From Octopus sinensis (Eukaryota): 17,596 nt of DNA. A model generated the notes under the pieces. The model had not been told where the DNA came from. It searched no databases and saw only the letters and a program-made list of their open reading frames with translations. The position numbers were made by a program, and so were the translations under genes. This document shows, in pieces, positions 1-9,595 of the stretch. The DNA lies in contig NW_021824792.1 in assembly GCF_006345805.1 (NCBI RefSeq), forward strand, positions 1-17,596, in the 5' to 3' direction. Positions within the stretch are counted from its first letter, which is position 1. Each line of letters starts with the position of its first letter.

Positions 1-1510
1 CACACTCACACATACATAACACTCAAACATTTACACACACACTCGCCTGCACGCACACCACACATGCATGACAAACACCATACACTCACACTCACATACA
101 CACACACCAACATATTACACGCACACGCACACCTACACGCACACACACACACACGCCTACACACATACATACACACACATGCATACACACACAAACACGG
201 ACACACCCATACATACTTACATACATACACCTATACACACACGCCAACACACCTACATACACACACATGCATACACACACACATGTACGCACATACACAC
301 ACATATACGCACATACATATATACCTACACACATGCACACACACACACACACATACGCACACGCATGCATGCACGCACACGTGCACACCTACACGCATGT
401 ACGCATACATGCACACACACACACACACGCACGTACACATACATACATACACACACACATACATACACCCATACACATACATTCATCGGACACACTGACA
501 CTCAGACTTACACACAGACACACTCACACATCCACACACATACATACTCACACACGCAATCGCAGGCGCGCGCACATGCTCGCTTGTGCGCGTTCGCGCA
601 CGCATACACGCACGCTTGCACAACGCTCATGTTTGACCGACCGGATCTCCTGTCCGTATCTGGGGCCGGCGCGTTGTCTTTGGGTTCTCCCACGCCTGTC
701 GCCGCGGGACCACTCTTCCATCTTCCCCCTCCTCTCCCCCCCCTTCGCTGCAGTTCTTTTTCCCTTAAACCCCCCCTTTTGTACACACACGCACACACAT
801 ACACACACCCGCTCACACACACACATTTGCATATATATACACATTACACTTACACACACTTCAAATTTACTTGCCACACACACAACTACGCACGCTGGAC
901 ATATACACACACTACCACTCAACACACACATGGCACGTTACATACGCTCCCACCCTTTCCCGCCCCGCACGCACTAACATATACATATTTTCTGTTTTTT
1001 TTATCACGCCTCACACACACATACACACACGCACACGCACACACTCACACATACATACACACGCACACACACATACCTCCCTGTTTCTGATCTGCCTTTC
1101 CGACTTGCTAGGGTACCCCCACACCACTCCTTTAATTCTACTACTGCCCGCTACAAGCCATTGTCCACCATATACACACATATACACACGCACACATTCA
1201 CACATACATAACACCAACAACACACATACCTCCCTGCTTCTGATCTGCCTTTCCGACTTGCTAGGGTACCCTCACACCACTCCTTTAATTCTACTACTGC
1301 CCGCTACAAGCCATTGTCCACCATACACACACATATACACACGCACACATTCACACATACATACACACGCACACACACATACCTCCCTGCTTCTGATCTG
1401 CCTTTCTGTCTTGCTAGGGTACCCCCACACCACTCCTTTAATTCTACTACTGCCCGCTACAAGCCATTGTCCACCATACACACACACGCACACTCACACA
1501 CACACACCGT
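1..1510. repeat. CA-rich cryptic microsatellite / low-complexity region (with a GC-rich island at about 550-780)
   Basis: Sequence is dominated by imperfect (CA)n, (CATA)n and (CACG)n. The His/Thr and Cys/Val-rich ORFs are simple translations of this. Confidence 0.95.
1073..1478. repeat. 153-bp-period tandem repeat, 3 copies of a 100-bp complex core
   Basis: Core ATACCTCCCTG(T/C)TTCTGATCTGCC...GCCATTGTCCACCATA starts at 1073, 1226 and 1379, separated by 53-bp CA-rich linkers. Confidence 0.95.
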
Positions 1511-1813
1511 CATCTCGCAACACCTTTTTTACCATTCCCTCATTGATTCAGCTCTCCTGTTTTTAAGAAATATTTTCCTCCTTTTTTACTACTTCCGTCT
1601 TTTCAGTATGTGACCTCGTGAAGACGACCTGCAATTTTTTTTTCCTCTGTCCTCCCGTCTCGGGATCTTTTTTCTTTCTCTTATGTTTCCGACGAAGAGC
1701 TCCGCTCGAAACGTCATACCCTCCTTCTTCCATTTTCCTGAGCGCCTAATAATAATAATACTGTAATTGTTCCACGTGTTGTTGTTTTTTCTGTTTTCCC
1801 GTTTGGATTAACC
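1510..1813 (+). mobile_element. Probable Penelope-like retroelement terminal-repeat fragment (may extend upstream to include the 153-bp repeats)
   Basis: Pyrimidine-rich non-coding block containing a minimal hammerhead-like motif and ending at a (TA)n tract. The Penelope assignment is inferred from the known association of minimal type I hammerheads with Penelope-like elements; no RT or GIY-YIG sequence is seen. Confidence 0.5.
1685..1719 (+). ncRNA. Degenerate minimal type I hammerhead ribozyme motif
   Basis: GUUU-CCGACGA-A-GAGC-UCC-GCUC-GAAA-CGUC^AUAC. The core has C in place of U4, stem II is 4 bp, helix III is palindromic ACGU, the triplet is GUC, and stem I has 3 of 4 pairs. Confidence 0.6.
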
Positions 1814-2115
1814 TATATATATATATATATATATACAGACGTACGCACACAAAAACACATACATGCATACAAACATATACATATATACATACATGCATAC
1901 TCGAATAAAAATATAAGTATATATATACGTGCAATTACCTATCATACAGAAGGATAACATACATATAAACATATAAACATACACATATATACCTATTTAC
2001 ACAAATGTATATATACATCACATACATAACATACACATACACATAAAACTACATACCTACATATACATAAAACAACCGCGTACATGTATATATAATATAC
2101 ATATATAATATATAT

Positions 2116-2148
<33 letters not shown>

Positions 2149-2301
2149 CCACATACATACACATACACATACATACACATACACACACATATACATACAT
2201 ATACATGTATGTAAATACATGCACACATACATATATACACACACATATACACATACACATATATATACATATATACACACATGTATATATATATATATAT
2301 A

Positions 2302-2332
<31 letters not shown>
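1814..2332. repeat. (TA)n / (CATA)n microsatellite complex
   Basis: Seen directly in the sequence. Confidence 0.95.
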
Positions 2333-2333
<1 letters not shown>

Positions 2334-2745
2334 ATAAATATTAGGGAATAATCCAAAATTACAGGGAAAAATCAGATTTAGGTTAAATCACATTTATAGT
2401 AATATATTATATAATATAATTCGAGACAAAACCACTATTTAAAACCAACAAGGAAAGACTTAATCAATACATAAAATTTTAATATAAATTAAATAAACCG
2501 CCACTACAATTGTTTCTTGTCTTGATCGACAATCTTCAGGTGGACTTCCAATAAGTCAGTTTCAGATTATGAAGTCATATACATAGCTACAACCCATACA
2601 TCCATATATCTATACATATAATACACGTATATATACACAAGCACATACAAAAACACCCGCACACAATCTATCTACATATATAAAAAAAACCAACAAGTCC
2701 AAAATGTACACACATACACTACATACATGCTATACACATATATAC
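2333..2745 (-). mobile_element. Probable second Penelope-like element terminal fragment (different family)
   Basis: AT-rich non-coding block bounded by (TA)n on both sides and carrying an intact minimal hammerhead motif on the minus strand. Boundaries are approximate and no coding remnant is seen. Confidence 0.5.
2501..2543 (-). ncRNA. Minimal type I hammerhead ribozyme motif (intact catalytic core)
   Basis: Minus strand reads CCAC-CUGAAGA-UUGUC-GAUCAA-GACAA-GAAA-CAAUUG-UA^GUGG. Stem I is CCAC/GUGG, stem II is a perfect 5 bp, helix III is the self-complementary ACAAUUGU, and the triplet is GUA. Confidence 0.85.
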
Positions 2746-2792
<47 letters not shown>

Positions 2793-2821
2793 ATATATAT
2801 ATATTAATAAATATATATATA

Positions 2822-2878
<57 letters not shown>

Positions 2879-2950
2879 TCAATAGGTATATATATATGCA
2901 GCAGATGTATGTATATGAGTATATGTATGTAATGTGTTTATATATATGTA

Positions 2951-2982
<32 letters not shown>

Positions 2983-2998
2983 AATATATATATATATA
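2746..2998. repeat. Long (TA)n microsatellite plus degenerate TA/TG spacer
   Basis: Seen directly in the sequence. Confidence 0.95.
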
Positions 2999-3111
2999 CA
3001 CCTGGCGATGTTATTAAATCAGTATTCGGACAATATGTCCCACCCAAGTAGAGAGTTATAGTTTAGAGACATATCTTAGGAAACGAAGTTGATTCGGGAT
3101 TTTTTGAAGGA
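2999..3111 (-). mobile_element. CR1-like LINE family B, 3'-terminal fragment (B1)
   Basis: Closely similar to 4152-4269 and 17254-17370 (CACCTGGCGATG...GAAGGA). Confidence 0.85.
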
Positions 3112-3416
3112 TGTCTGTGTGTCTATCTACGATCTATCTATCTATCTATCTATCAATATATATATATATACACACAACAAACATACACATATGTATAGAC
3201 ATACATGTAAATATATGTATATACAATTATCATATATATATTGTGTATACATTCTCTATATACGTAATATATATTGTGTGTATATATATATATTATGTGT
3301 ATATGTATTATATATATCTATATATATAGATATACATGTAAATATATGTTATACAACACACATATTATATATATATATATAATATATATATACTATATAT
3401 ATCTAATATATAAATC

Positions 3417-3475
<59 letters not shown>

Positions 3476-3490
3476 ATATTATATAATACC

Positions 3491-3811
3491 CATCCAAATG
3501 TATGTCTGTGTCTGCCTTTTCTTTAATTTGTTAAAATCATTGTCCGATATTTTTTAGTTGTTGCGTTGTTATATCTCTCTATGCTTTATTGCACCCACCT
3601 TCTGCCTGTCTGTCTGCCTCTCTCTCCCTCCCCACCCTCTCACTCTTAGTCTCTCCCTCTCATTTTCATAGTTAAGTCACGTTGCCGCTTTACTTAGGAA
3701 GTGAAATATTTAGAGGAGAAACAGATGAGATTTCTATTCAATAATGAATATGGTTTAATTTCGTAAGATTTGTTCAACCACGCTCTAGCTGGAGCATTTT
3801 GATCATAAAAC
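3491..3811. repeat. Unique-complexity block U, copy 1 (about 320 bp)
   Basis: CATCCAAAT...GGAGCATTTT...AAAAC recurs at 8838-9111 and 12487-12808. Confidence 0.95.
3698..3762 (+). other. Candidate 65-bp exon in U copy 1 (EVKYLEEKQMRFLFNNEYGLI)
   Basis: Flanked by CTTTACTTAG| and |GTAAG. One frame is open here and in both paralogues. The protein is not recognised. Confidence 0.3.
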
Positions 3812-4151
3812 ATATATATACATATATATATACACACACACATAAAATGCATGATATGTATATATATCTATATATATACATGCACACATATTTGTGCGTA
3901 TAAATATATCTGTGTGTGTGTGTATATATAATTATTTCATATATATATTGTGTGTATATATATATATATTATGTACGTATATGTATATATATATAGAGAG
4001 AGAGAGATAGATATATAGGTATATATAGATTCTATGCATGTATATATATATAAGTCTATAGGCATATGTATATGCAGTAAATGTACGTATATGTATATAT
4101 ATATGTATATGCGTTTATATATATATATATATCTATATATATATATATATA

Positions 4152-4813
4152 CACCTGGCGATGTTATTCAAATCAGTATTCGGACACTATGTCCCACCCA
4201 ACTAGAGAGTTATAATTTACAGAGACATATCTTAGTGAACAAAGTTGATTCGGGATTTTTTGAAGGAATTTTTCCAGAGACTTCTTAAACTTTATGGGGT
4301 GTGTTTCTGCTTTAATGTGTTTTGATATCATGTTAAAGAGAGTGGGACCACTTGATGTGAAATAATTGTGCCAAATTGTTATTATGAGATGCAAGTGGGA
4401 TTTATGTGGTTGGTGGATCACATGGGCCAGAAGTCTTGGGTGTATCTTAAAGGAGATGACAGCATAATTCGGGAAATGCTGCTGGAATATTTTCAACATC
4501 ATGCAGATGATACAGCGCTCGTGACGACATTGAAGAGAATAAAGCTTGAGCTTTTCTAGTCGACGTCTCCAATGGTCAAGGACTGTCATGTTTGTAATTG
4601 ACCTTTGAGATGCTTCAAGTTTCATGGGAATATGTTCTGTGAGTGGAGACCACAGTGGACAACTGTATTAAAAGAGGGTCAGGCAAAAGTGGAGAAGAGA
4701 AGAATAATGGTTGAGGATATCAGGATATCTCTCGACTGGAAAGTTCTGAGAATTCTGGAACACATTCTGCTGACCACGTTAACTTTGCAGTGTATATGAG
4801 TGGCCCACCTTCT
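4152..4813 (-). mobile_element. CR1-like LINE family B, 5'-truncated 3' part (B2), decayed ORF2 C-terminus
   Basis: Minus-strand translations WATHIHCKVNVVSRMCSRILRTFQSRD and RRRLEKLKLYSLQCRHER...FKKSLEKFLQKIP match the post-RT region of CR1-group ORF2. It ends in a (TA)n tail. Confidence 0.85.
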
Positions 4814-4883
4814 ATATATATGTATATCTATCTGTCTGTCTGTGTGTCTATCTACGTATTATCTTACTATCTATCTATCTATC

Positions 4884-4933
<50 letters not shown>

Positions 4934-5044
4934 ATATATATATATATATATATATTATACATATATATATATATATATATACACACATACATACACACAT
5001 ATATAGACATACATGTAAATATATGTATATACAATTATTTCATA

Positions 5045-7950
5045 GGCAAGGAACACAGGTACAACTCACAGGCAAGGAACACAGGTGCAAGATTTTCTGG
5101 GCAGGGAACACTGACGGGGTCGGGGGCGTGGGTATACTTCTTGTGGAGAAATGGGTTGATAAGTTAATCGAGGTAGTCAGAGTAAGTGACAGAGTAATTA
5201 AAATTAGATTAGTCCTTCACCATAGGACAGCTACCATCATCTCGGCATATGCCCTCAACCAGGGCTACCGGAAACAAAAATGACCATTCTATGACACCCT
5301 ATTGCGGACTACCTCGTGACAAATAACGTGACCTTCTCTTCGTGTCAGGTGATTTCAATGGACATGTTGGACGGCATGTCGGGGGCTTCCATGGCGTCCA
5401 TGGAGGCTACGGTTTTGGCTCTTGTAATGAGGAGGGAACCAGGCTGCTGGAGTTCTGCGATGCAAATGACCTTATGGTCTGCAATACCAAATTCAGGAAA
5501 CCCACCTCTCACCTAGTCACCTACCGTTCTGGCAGACACACCAGCCAGATTGACTACAACCTTGCCAGTAAAATGGAAAGAGGGCTGATTATAAATGCCA
5601 AAACCTTTCCAGGCGAAGAATGTACTCCTCAACATAGACTAGTAGTTAGCGACTTCAGGATCAGAGCTAAATGGTTGCCCAGAAGACCAGCTTGGAGGAG
5701 AAGGGTCTGGAAGCTTAAAGATCCTGCAAATGGACAGAGATTTAGAGACATACCACTCGAAGCCTTTGACGAAATAGAAGGGCATATAGCTTCACTTAAT
5801 GTGGAAGACAACTGGAGATTTCTACGGGACAATCTGCTGACAGCCACTGACCAGATCTGTGGATGGAGTAAAGTACCATCTTGACCCAGAGTAACATGGT
5901 GGTGGAACACTGTGATTGACAGGGCTATTAGACAAAAGAGACAGGCTTGGAAGGACTGGAAGTACGGTGGTAGCAGGGAATTGTATCAGACAGCCAGAAG
6001 GGAAGCTAGGAGACAGGTTTATTTAGCCAGAGGGGAAATGAATAAGAAAAAATTTGCCAATGTTCTGAGCCGTGAGGATGAAAGACTTGAGGTATTTCGT
6101 GTTGCAAGACAGAGTGTGAGAGAGAATCGTGATGTGGTAGGAGAGAAATGTGTTCGCATGGATGATGGTTCACTTGCGCTAAATGGGGATGCAAAGAGAG
6201 AGGTTTGGAGATGCCACTATGAAAGGTTGGTGAATAAAGAAAATGAATGGGATAAAGAGAGTCTGCCGAATGTTGACCCAACAGAGGGACCAGCTATCCG
6301 ATTTGACAGTTCCTTAGTAGATAAGGCAATTAGAAGTATGAAAACAGGGAAAGCCACAGGCCCATCAGGAATTACTGCAGAGATGCTCAAAATATCTGGC
6401 AGTGTCGGCTATAACCTAGTCACCCGTATAGTCAACCAGGTGATACACGAAGGAGTCATACCCAATGATTGGTGTAGCAGCATACTAGTCAACTGCTACA
6501 AAGGTAAAGGTGATGCCCTAGATACAAATAATTACAGAGGTATCAAGCTGTTGGATCAGGTAATGAAGGTTACGAGAGGGTCAGCCCCAACTAATTAGAG
6601 AGAGAGTTAGTTTAGATGAGATGCAGTTTGGGTTCGTGCCAGGAAAACACCACTGATGCTATATTCCTGGTAAGGCAGCTGCAGGAGAAATACCTAGCCA
6701 AAGATAAGCCCCTGTACCTGGCTTTCGTTGACATGGAGAAAGCCTTTGATAGGGTCCCCCGATCCCTCATCTGGTGGTCAATGAGGAAACTAGGGATAGA
6801 TGAATGGCTGGTGAGGGCTGTGCAAGCCATGTACAGAGATGCCGTAAGTAAGGTTAGGGTTGGCAACATGTACACAGAAGAATTCAAAGTAGAAGTTGGG
6901 GTCCACCAGGGTTCAGTACTCAGCCCCCTCCTATTTATCATAGTCCTCCAGGCAATTGTGGAGGAATTCAAGACAGGATGCCCCTGGGAGCTCCTCTATG
7001 CTGACGACCTTGCTCTAATTGCTGAGTCACTATCAGAACTGGAGGAGAAGTTCCAGGTGTGGAAGGAGGGTTTAGAACCGAGGGGCCTTAGAGTCAACCT
7101 AGCTAAAACCAAAGTACTAATAAGTAGAAAGGTAGACAATCCACAAATGTCTTCAGGAAAATAGCCCTGCTCGATCTGTAGAAAAGGTGTAGGTAGAAAC
7201 TCTATAAGATATACCCAGTGTAAGCTATGGACACATAAGAGGTGCAGCAATGTCAAAGGTAGGCTAACTGGGAAGATAGTTTTTGTATGTGGCAGATGCT
7301 CGGGAGCATTGACCTCCAAAAATCTGCAGAAAACAACTTCCGTCACTTTCCAGGGGGAAAAACTAAAAGTAGTTGATAGCTTCCGTTACCTAGGTGACCA
7401 AGTCAGCAGCGGGGGTGGGTGCGCTGAGAGTGTAACTGCTAGAATAAGAATAGCCTGGGCAAAGTTTAGGGAGCTCTTACCTCTGCTGGTGACTAAAGGC
7501 CCCTCGCTCAGAGTAAAAGGCAGACTGTATGATGCATGTGTACGAACTGCCATGCTACATGGCAGTGAAACATGGGCCGTGACTGTTGAGGACATGCGTA
7601 AGCTCATGAGGAATGAAGCCAGTATGCTCCGATGGATGTGTAATGTCAGTGTACTTACTCAACAGAGCGTTAGTTCCTTGAGAGAAATGTTGTACCTAAG
7701 AAGCATCAGTTGTGGTGTGCAAGAGAGACGATTGCGCTGGTATGGTCATGTGGCGAGAATGGATGAAGATAGGTGTGTGAGAAAGTGCCAATCCCTAGCA
7801 GTTGAGGGAACCCGTGGAAGAGGTAGACCCAGGAAAACCTGGGACGAGGTGGTGAAGCACGACCTTCGAACGTTAGGTCTCACCATGGAAATGACTAGAG
7901 ACCGAGACCTATGGAAGTATGCTGTGCGTGAGAAGACCCGGCAAGACTAG
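5045..7950 (+). pseudogene. Disrupted RTE ORF2 (endonuclease + reverse transcriptase)
   Basis: Split over ORFs 5023-5283, 5342-5884, 5912-6598, 6616-7164 and 7309-7950. In-frame stops lie at 5882-5884 and 7162-7164, with frameshifts near 5270-5320, 6570 and 6650. Confidence 0.92.
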
Positions 7951-8143
7951 TAAAGCCATAAACCGTGGCCCCTACCTGGGACGTAGTCAGTCCACCTGTG
8001 CATACCTTCCTTCTTGTGACACTTGTGAAGACCTGTTGAGGCAAGTGAAAATCAAACCAAAATCAAACCAAATCAAAATAGATGAACATCAATGGAATTT
8101 GTATCTTTGTGGTAGCAGTGCCGGTGGCACATAAGAAAACCAT

Positions 8144-8398
8144 CCGAACGTGGCTGTAGCCAGTACCGCATCGACTGGCTTCCGTGCTGTGGGCACGTAA
8201 CATACACCTTCCGATTGTGGCCGTAGCCAGCCACGTCTGGCACCTGTGTCGGTGGCACATAAAAAACAAAATCCGAGCGTGGCCGTGTGCCAGCCTCGTC
8301 TGGCACATGTGTCGGTGGCACATAGAAAAACACCATCCGAGCGTGGCCGTCTACCAGCCTCGTCTGGCACCTGTGTCGGTGGCACATAAAATCACCCA
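8144..8398 (+). repeat. Four 62-67-bp tandem units in the RTE 3' UTR
   Basis: Units start CCGA(G/A/T)(C/T)GTGGC at 8144, 8211, 8273 and 8337 and contain short inverted repeats. Confidence 0.85.
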
Positions 8399-8662
8399 CT
8401 ACACTCTCGGAGTGGTTGGCGTTAGGAAGGGCATCTAGCTGTAGAAACACTGCCAGATCTGACTGGCCTGGTGCAGCCGTCGGGCTCCCCAGACCCCAGT
8501 TGAACCGTCCAACCCATGCTAGCATGGAAAGCGGACGTTAAACGATGATGATGATGATGATGATATTGTGTATACGTTCCATATATACATATATACATAT
8601 ATATTGTGTGTATATATATATATTATGTATGTATATGTATATATATATATATATATATATGT

Positions 8663-8710
8663 ATCATCATCATCATCATTTAACGTCCGCTTTCCATGCT
8701 AGCATGGGTT
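8663..8710 (-). mobile_element. 48-bp inverted copy of the RTE 3' terminus (extremely truncated insertion)
   Basis: Reverse complement of about 8511-8558 (AACCCATGCTAGCATGGAAAGCGGACGTTAAA + (GAT)n) with one mismatch. Confidence 0.9.
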
Positions 8711-8837
8711 TATGTATGTATATGTATATATATATATATCTATATATATATATAGATATACATGTAAATATATGTATACACACACACACACACAAACATA
8801 TATATATATATACATGTATATAAGTATTATATACACT

Positions 8838-9111
8838 CATCCAAATGTATGTCTGTGTCTGCCTTTTCTTTAATTTGTTAAAATCAATGTCCAATATTTT
8901 TTAGTTGTGTTGTTATATCTCTCTTTGCTTTATTGCACCCATCCTCTGCCTGTCTGTCTGCCTCTCTCTCCCTCCCCGCCCTCTCACTCTTAGTCTCTCC
9001 CTCTCCTTTTCATAGTTAAGTTACGTTGCCGCTTTACTTAGGAAGTTAAATATTTAGAGGAGAAAGAGATTAGATTTCTATTCAATAATGAATATGGTTC
9101 ATATTCGTAAG
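8838..9111. repeat. Block U copy 2 (3' end lost at the SINE junction); candidate exon 9042-9106
   Basis: Paralogous to 3491-3767. The frame reads EVKYLEEKEIRFLFNNEYGSY. Confidence 0.93.
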
Positions 9112-9403
9112 TGGATTTGGTAGACGGAAACTGAAAGAAGCCCGTCGTATATATGTATATATATATAAATATATATATATATGTGTGTGTATGTGTGTGT
9201 CTGTGTTTGTCCCCCTAGCATTGCTTGACAACCGATGCTGGTGTGTTTATGTCCCCGTTACTTAGCGGTTCGGCAAAACAGACAGATAGATTTTGTACTG
9301 GGCTTACAAGAGAATAAGTCTCGGGGTCGAGTTGTTCGATTGAAGGCGGTGCTCCAACATGGCCGCAGTCAAATGACTGAAACAAGTAAAAGAGTAAAAG
9401 AGT
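9111..9403 (+). mobile_element. 5'-truncated SINE-like element (cephalopod-type)
   Basis: GTGGATTTGGTAGACGGAAACTGAAAGAAGCCCGTCG, an internal TA/TG tract, and a 3' end ...GCAGTCAAATGACTGAAACAAGTAAAAGAGTAAAAGAG with a short repeated tail. Recognised from memory of Octopus repeats; no tRNA-like head is present. Confidence 0.6.
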
Positions 9404-9595
9404 ATATATACACACACATAAATATGCATGTATATGTATATATATATAAATATATATATATATATACATGCACACACATATATATATATTGTGTGTATAT
9501 ATATATGTGTGTGTATATATAATTATTTCATATATATATTGTGTATACATTCTATATATACATATATATATTGTGTGTATATATATATATACATG

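Larger units (their letters stand above)
5045..8564 (+). mobile_element. RTE-clade non-LTR retrotransposon, 5'-truncated, with about 610-bp 3' UTR and (GAT)7 tail
   Basis: APE motifs (GDFNGHVG, SQIDY, QHRLVVSDF), RT motifs (KATGPSG, NYRGIKLL, DMEKAFD, GVHQGSVLSPLLF, YADD), the RTE-type C-terminus (RRLRWYGHVARM...RGRGRP) and a trinucleotide tail at 8544-8564. Confidence 0.95.

Noticed and set aside
1073-1478. CRISPR-like repeat/spacer look
   Set aside because: The repeats are 100 bp, the spacers are near-identical CA tracts, there are no cas genes, and the context is eukaryotic.
6-1566. Long His/Thr-rich and Cys/Val-rich ORFs (up to 340 aa)
   Set aside because: They are translations of (CA)n/(TG)n DNA, which lacks stops in most frames. 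There is no domain and no independent coding signal.
1746-3486. Ile/Tyr-rich ORFs (also near 4800-5000, 8545-8823, 10273-10644, 12183-12530, 14707-15099)
   Set aside because: They are translations of (TA)n, (ATCT)n and (ATT)n tracts.
3672-3762. Alternative 91-bp exon using the TTTTCATAG acceptor
   Set aside because: All three frames contain stops, so it could only be non-coding. The 65-bp version is the one retained as a candidate.
6995-7030. CTGACGA hammerhead-like core words (also at about 11008 and 15530)
   Set aside because: They lie within RT coding sequence and have no stem II followed by GAAA, and no stem I.
5629-7607. Antisense ORFs over the RTE RT (and over LINE-A at 11564-11866, 14147-14446, 16717-16986)
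   Set aside because: These are shadow ORFs commonly seen opposite RT coding sequence, with no independent evidence.
8144-8398. CRISPR-like palindromic repeats
   Set aside because: The units are contiguous tandem repeats with no unique spacers and lie inside a LINE 3' UTR.
8400-8510. Possible HDV-like ribozyme in the RTE (AGGAAGGGCATC region)
   Set aside because: RTE-associated HDV-like ribozymes are described at 5' ends, which this copy lacks. I could not build a nested double pseudoknot by eye here.
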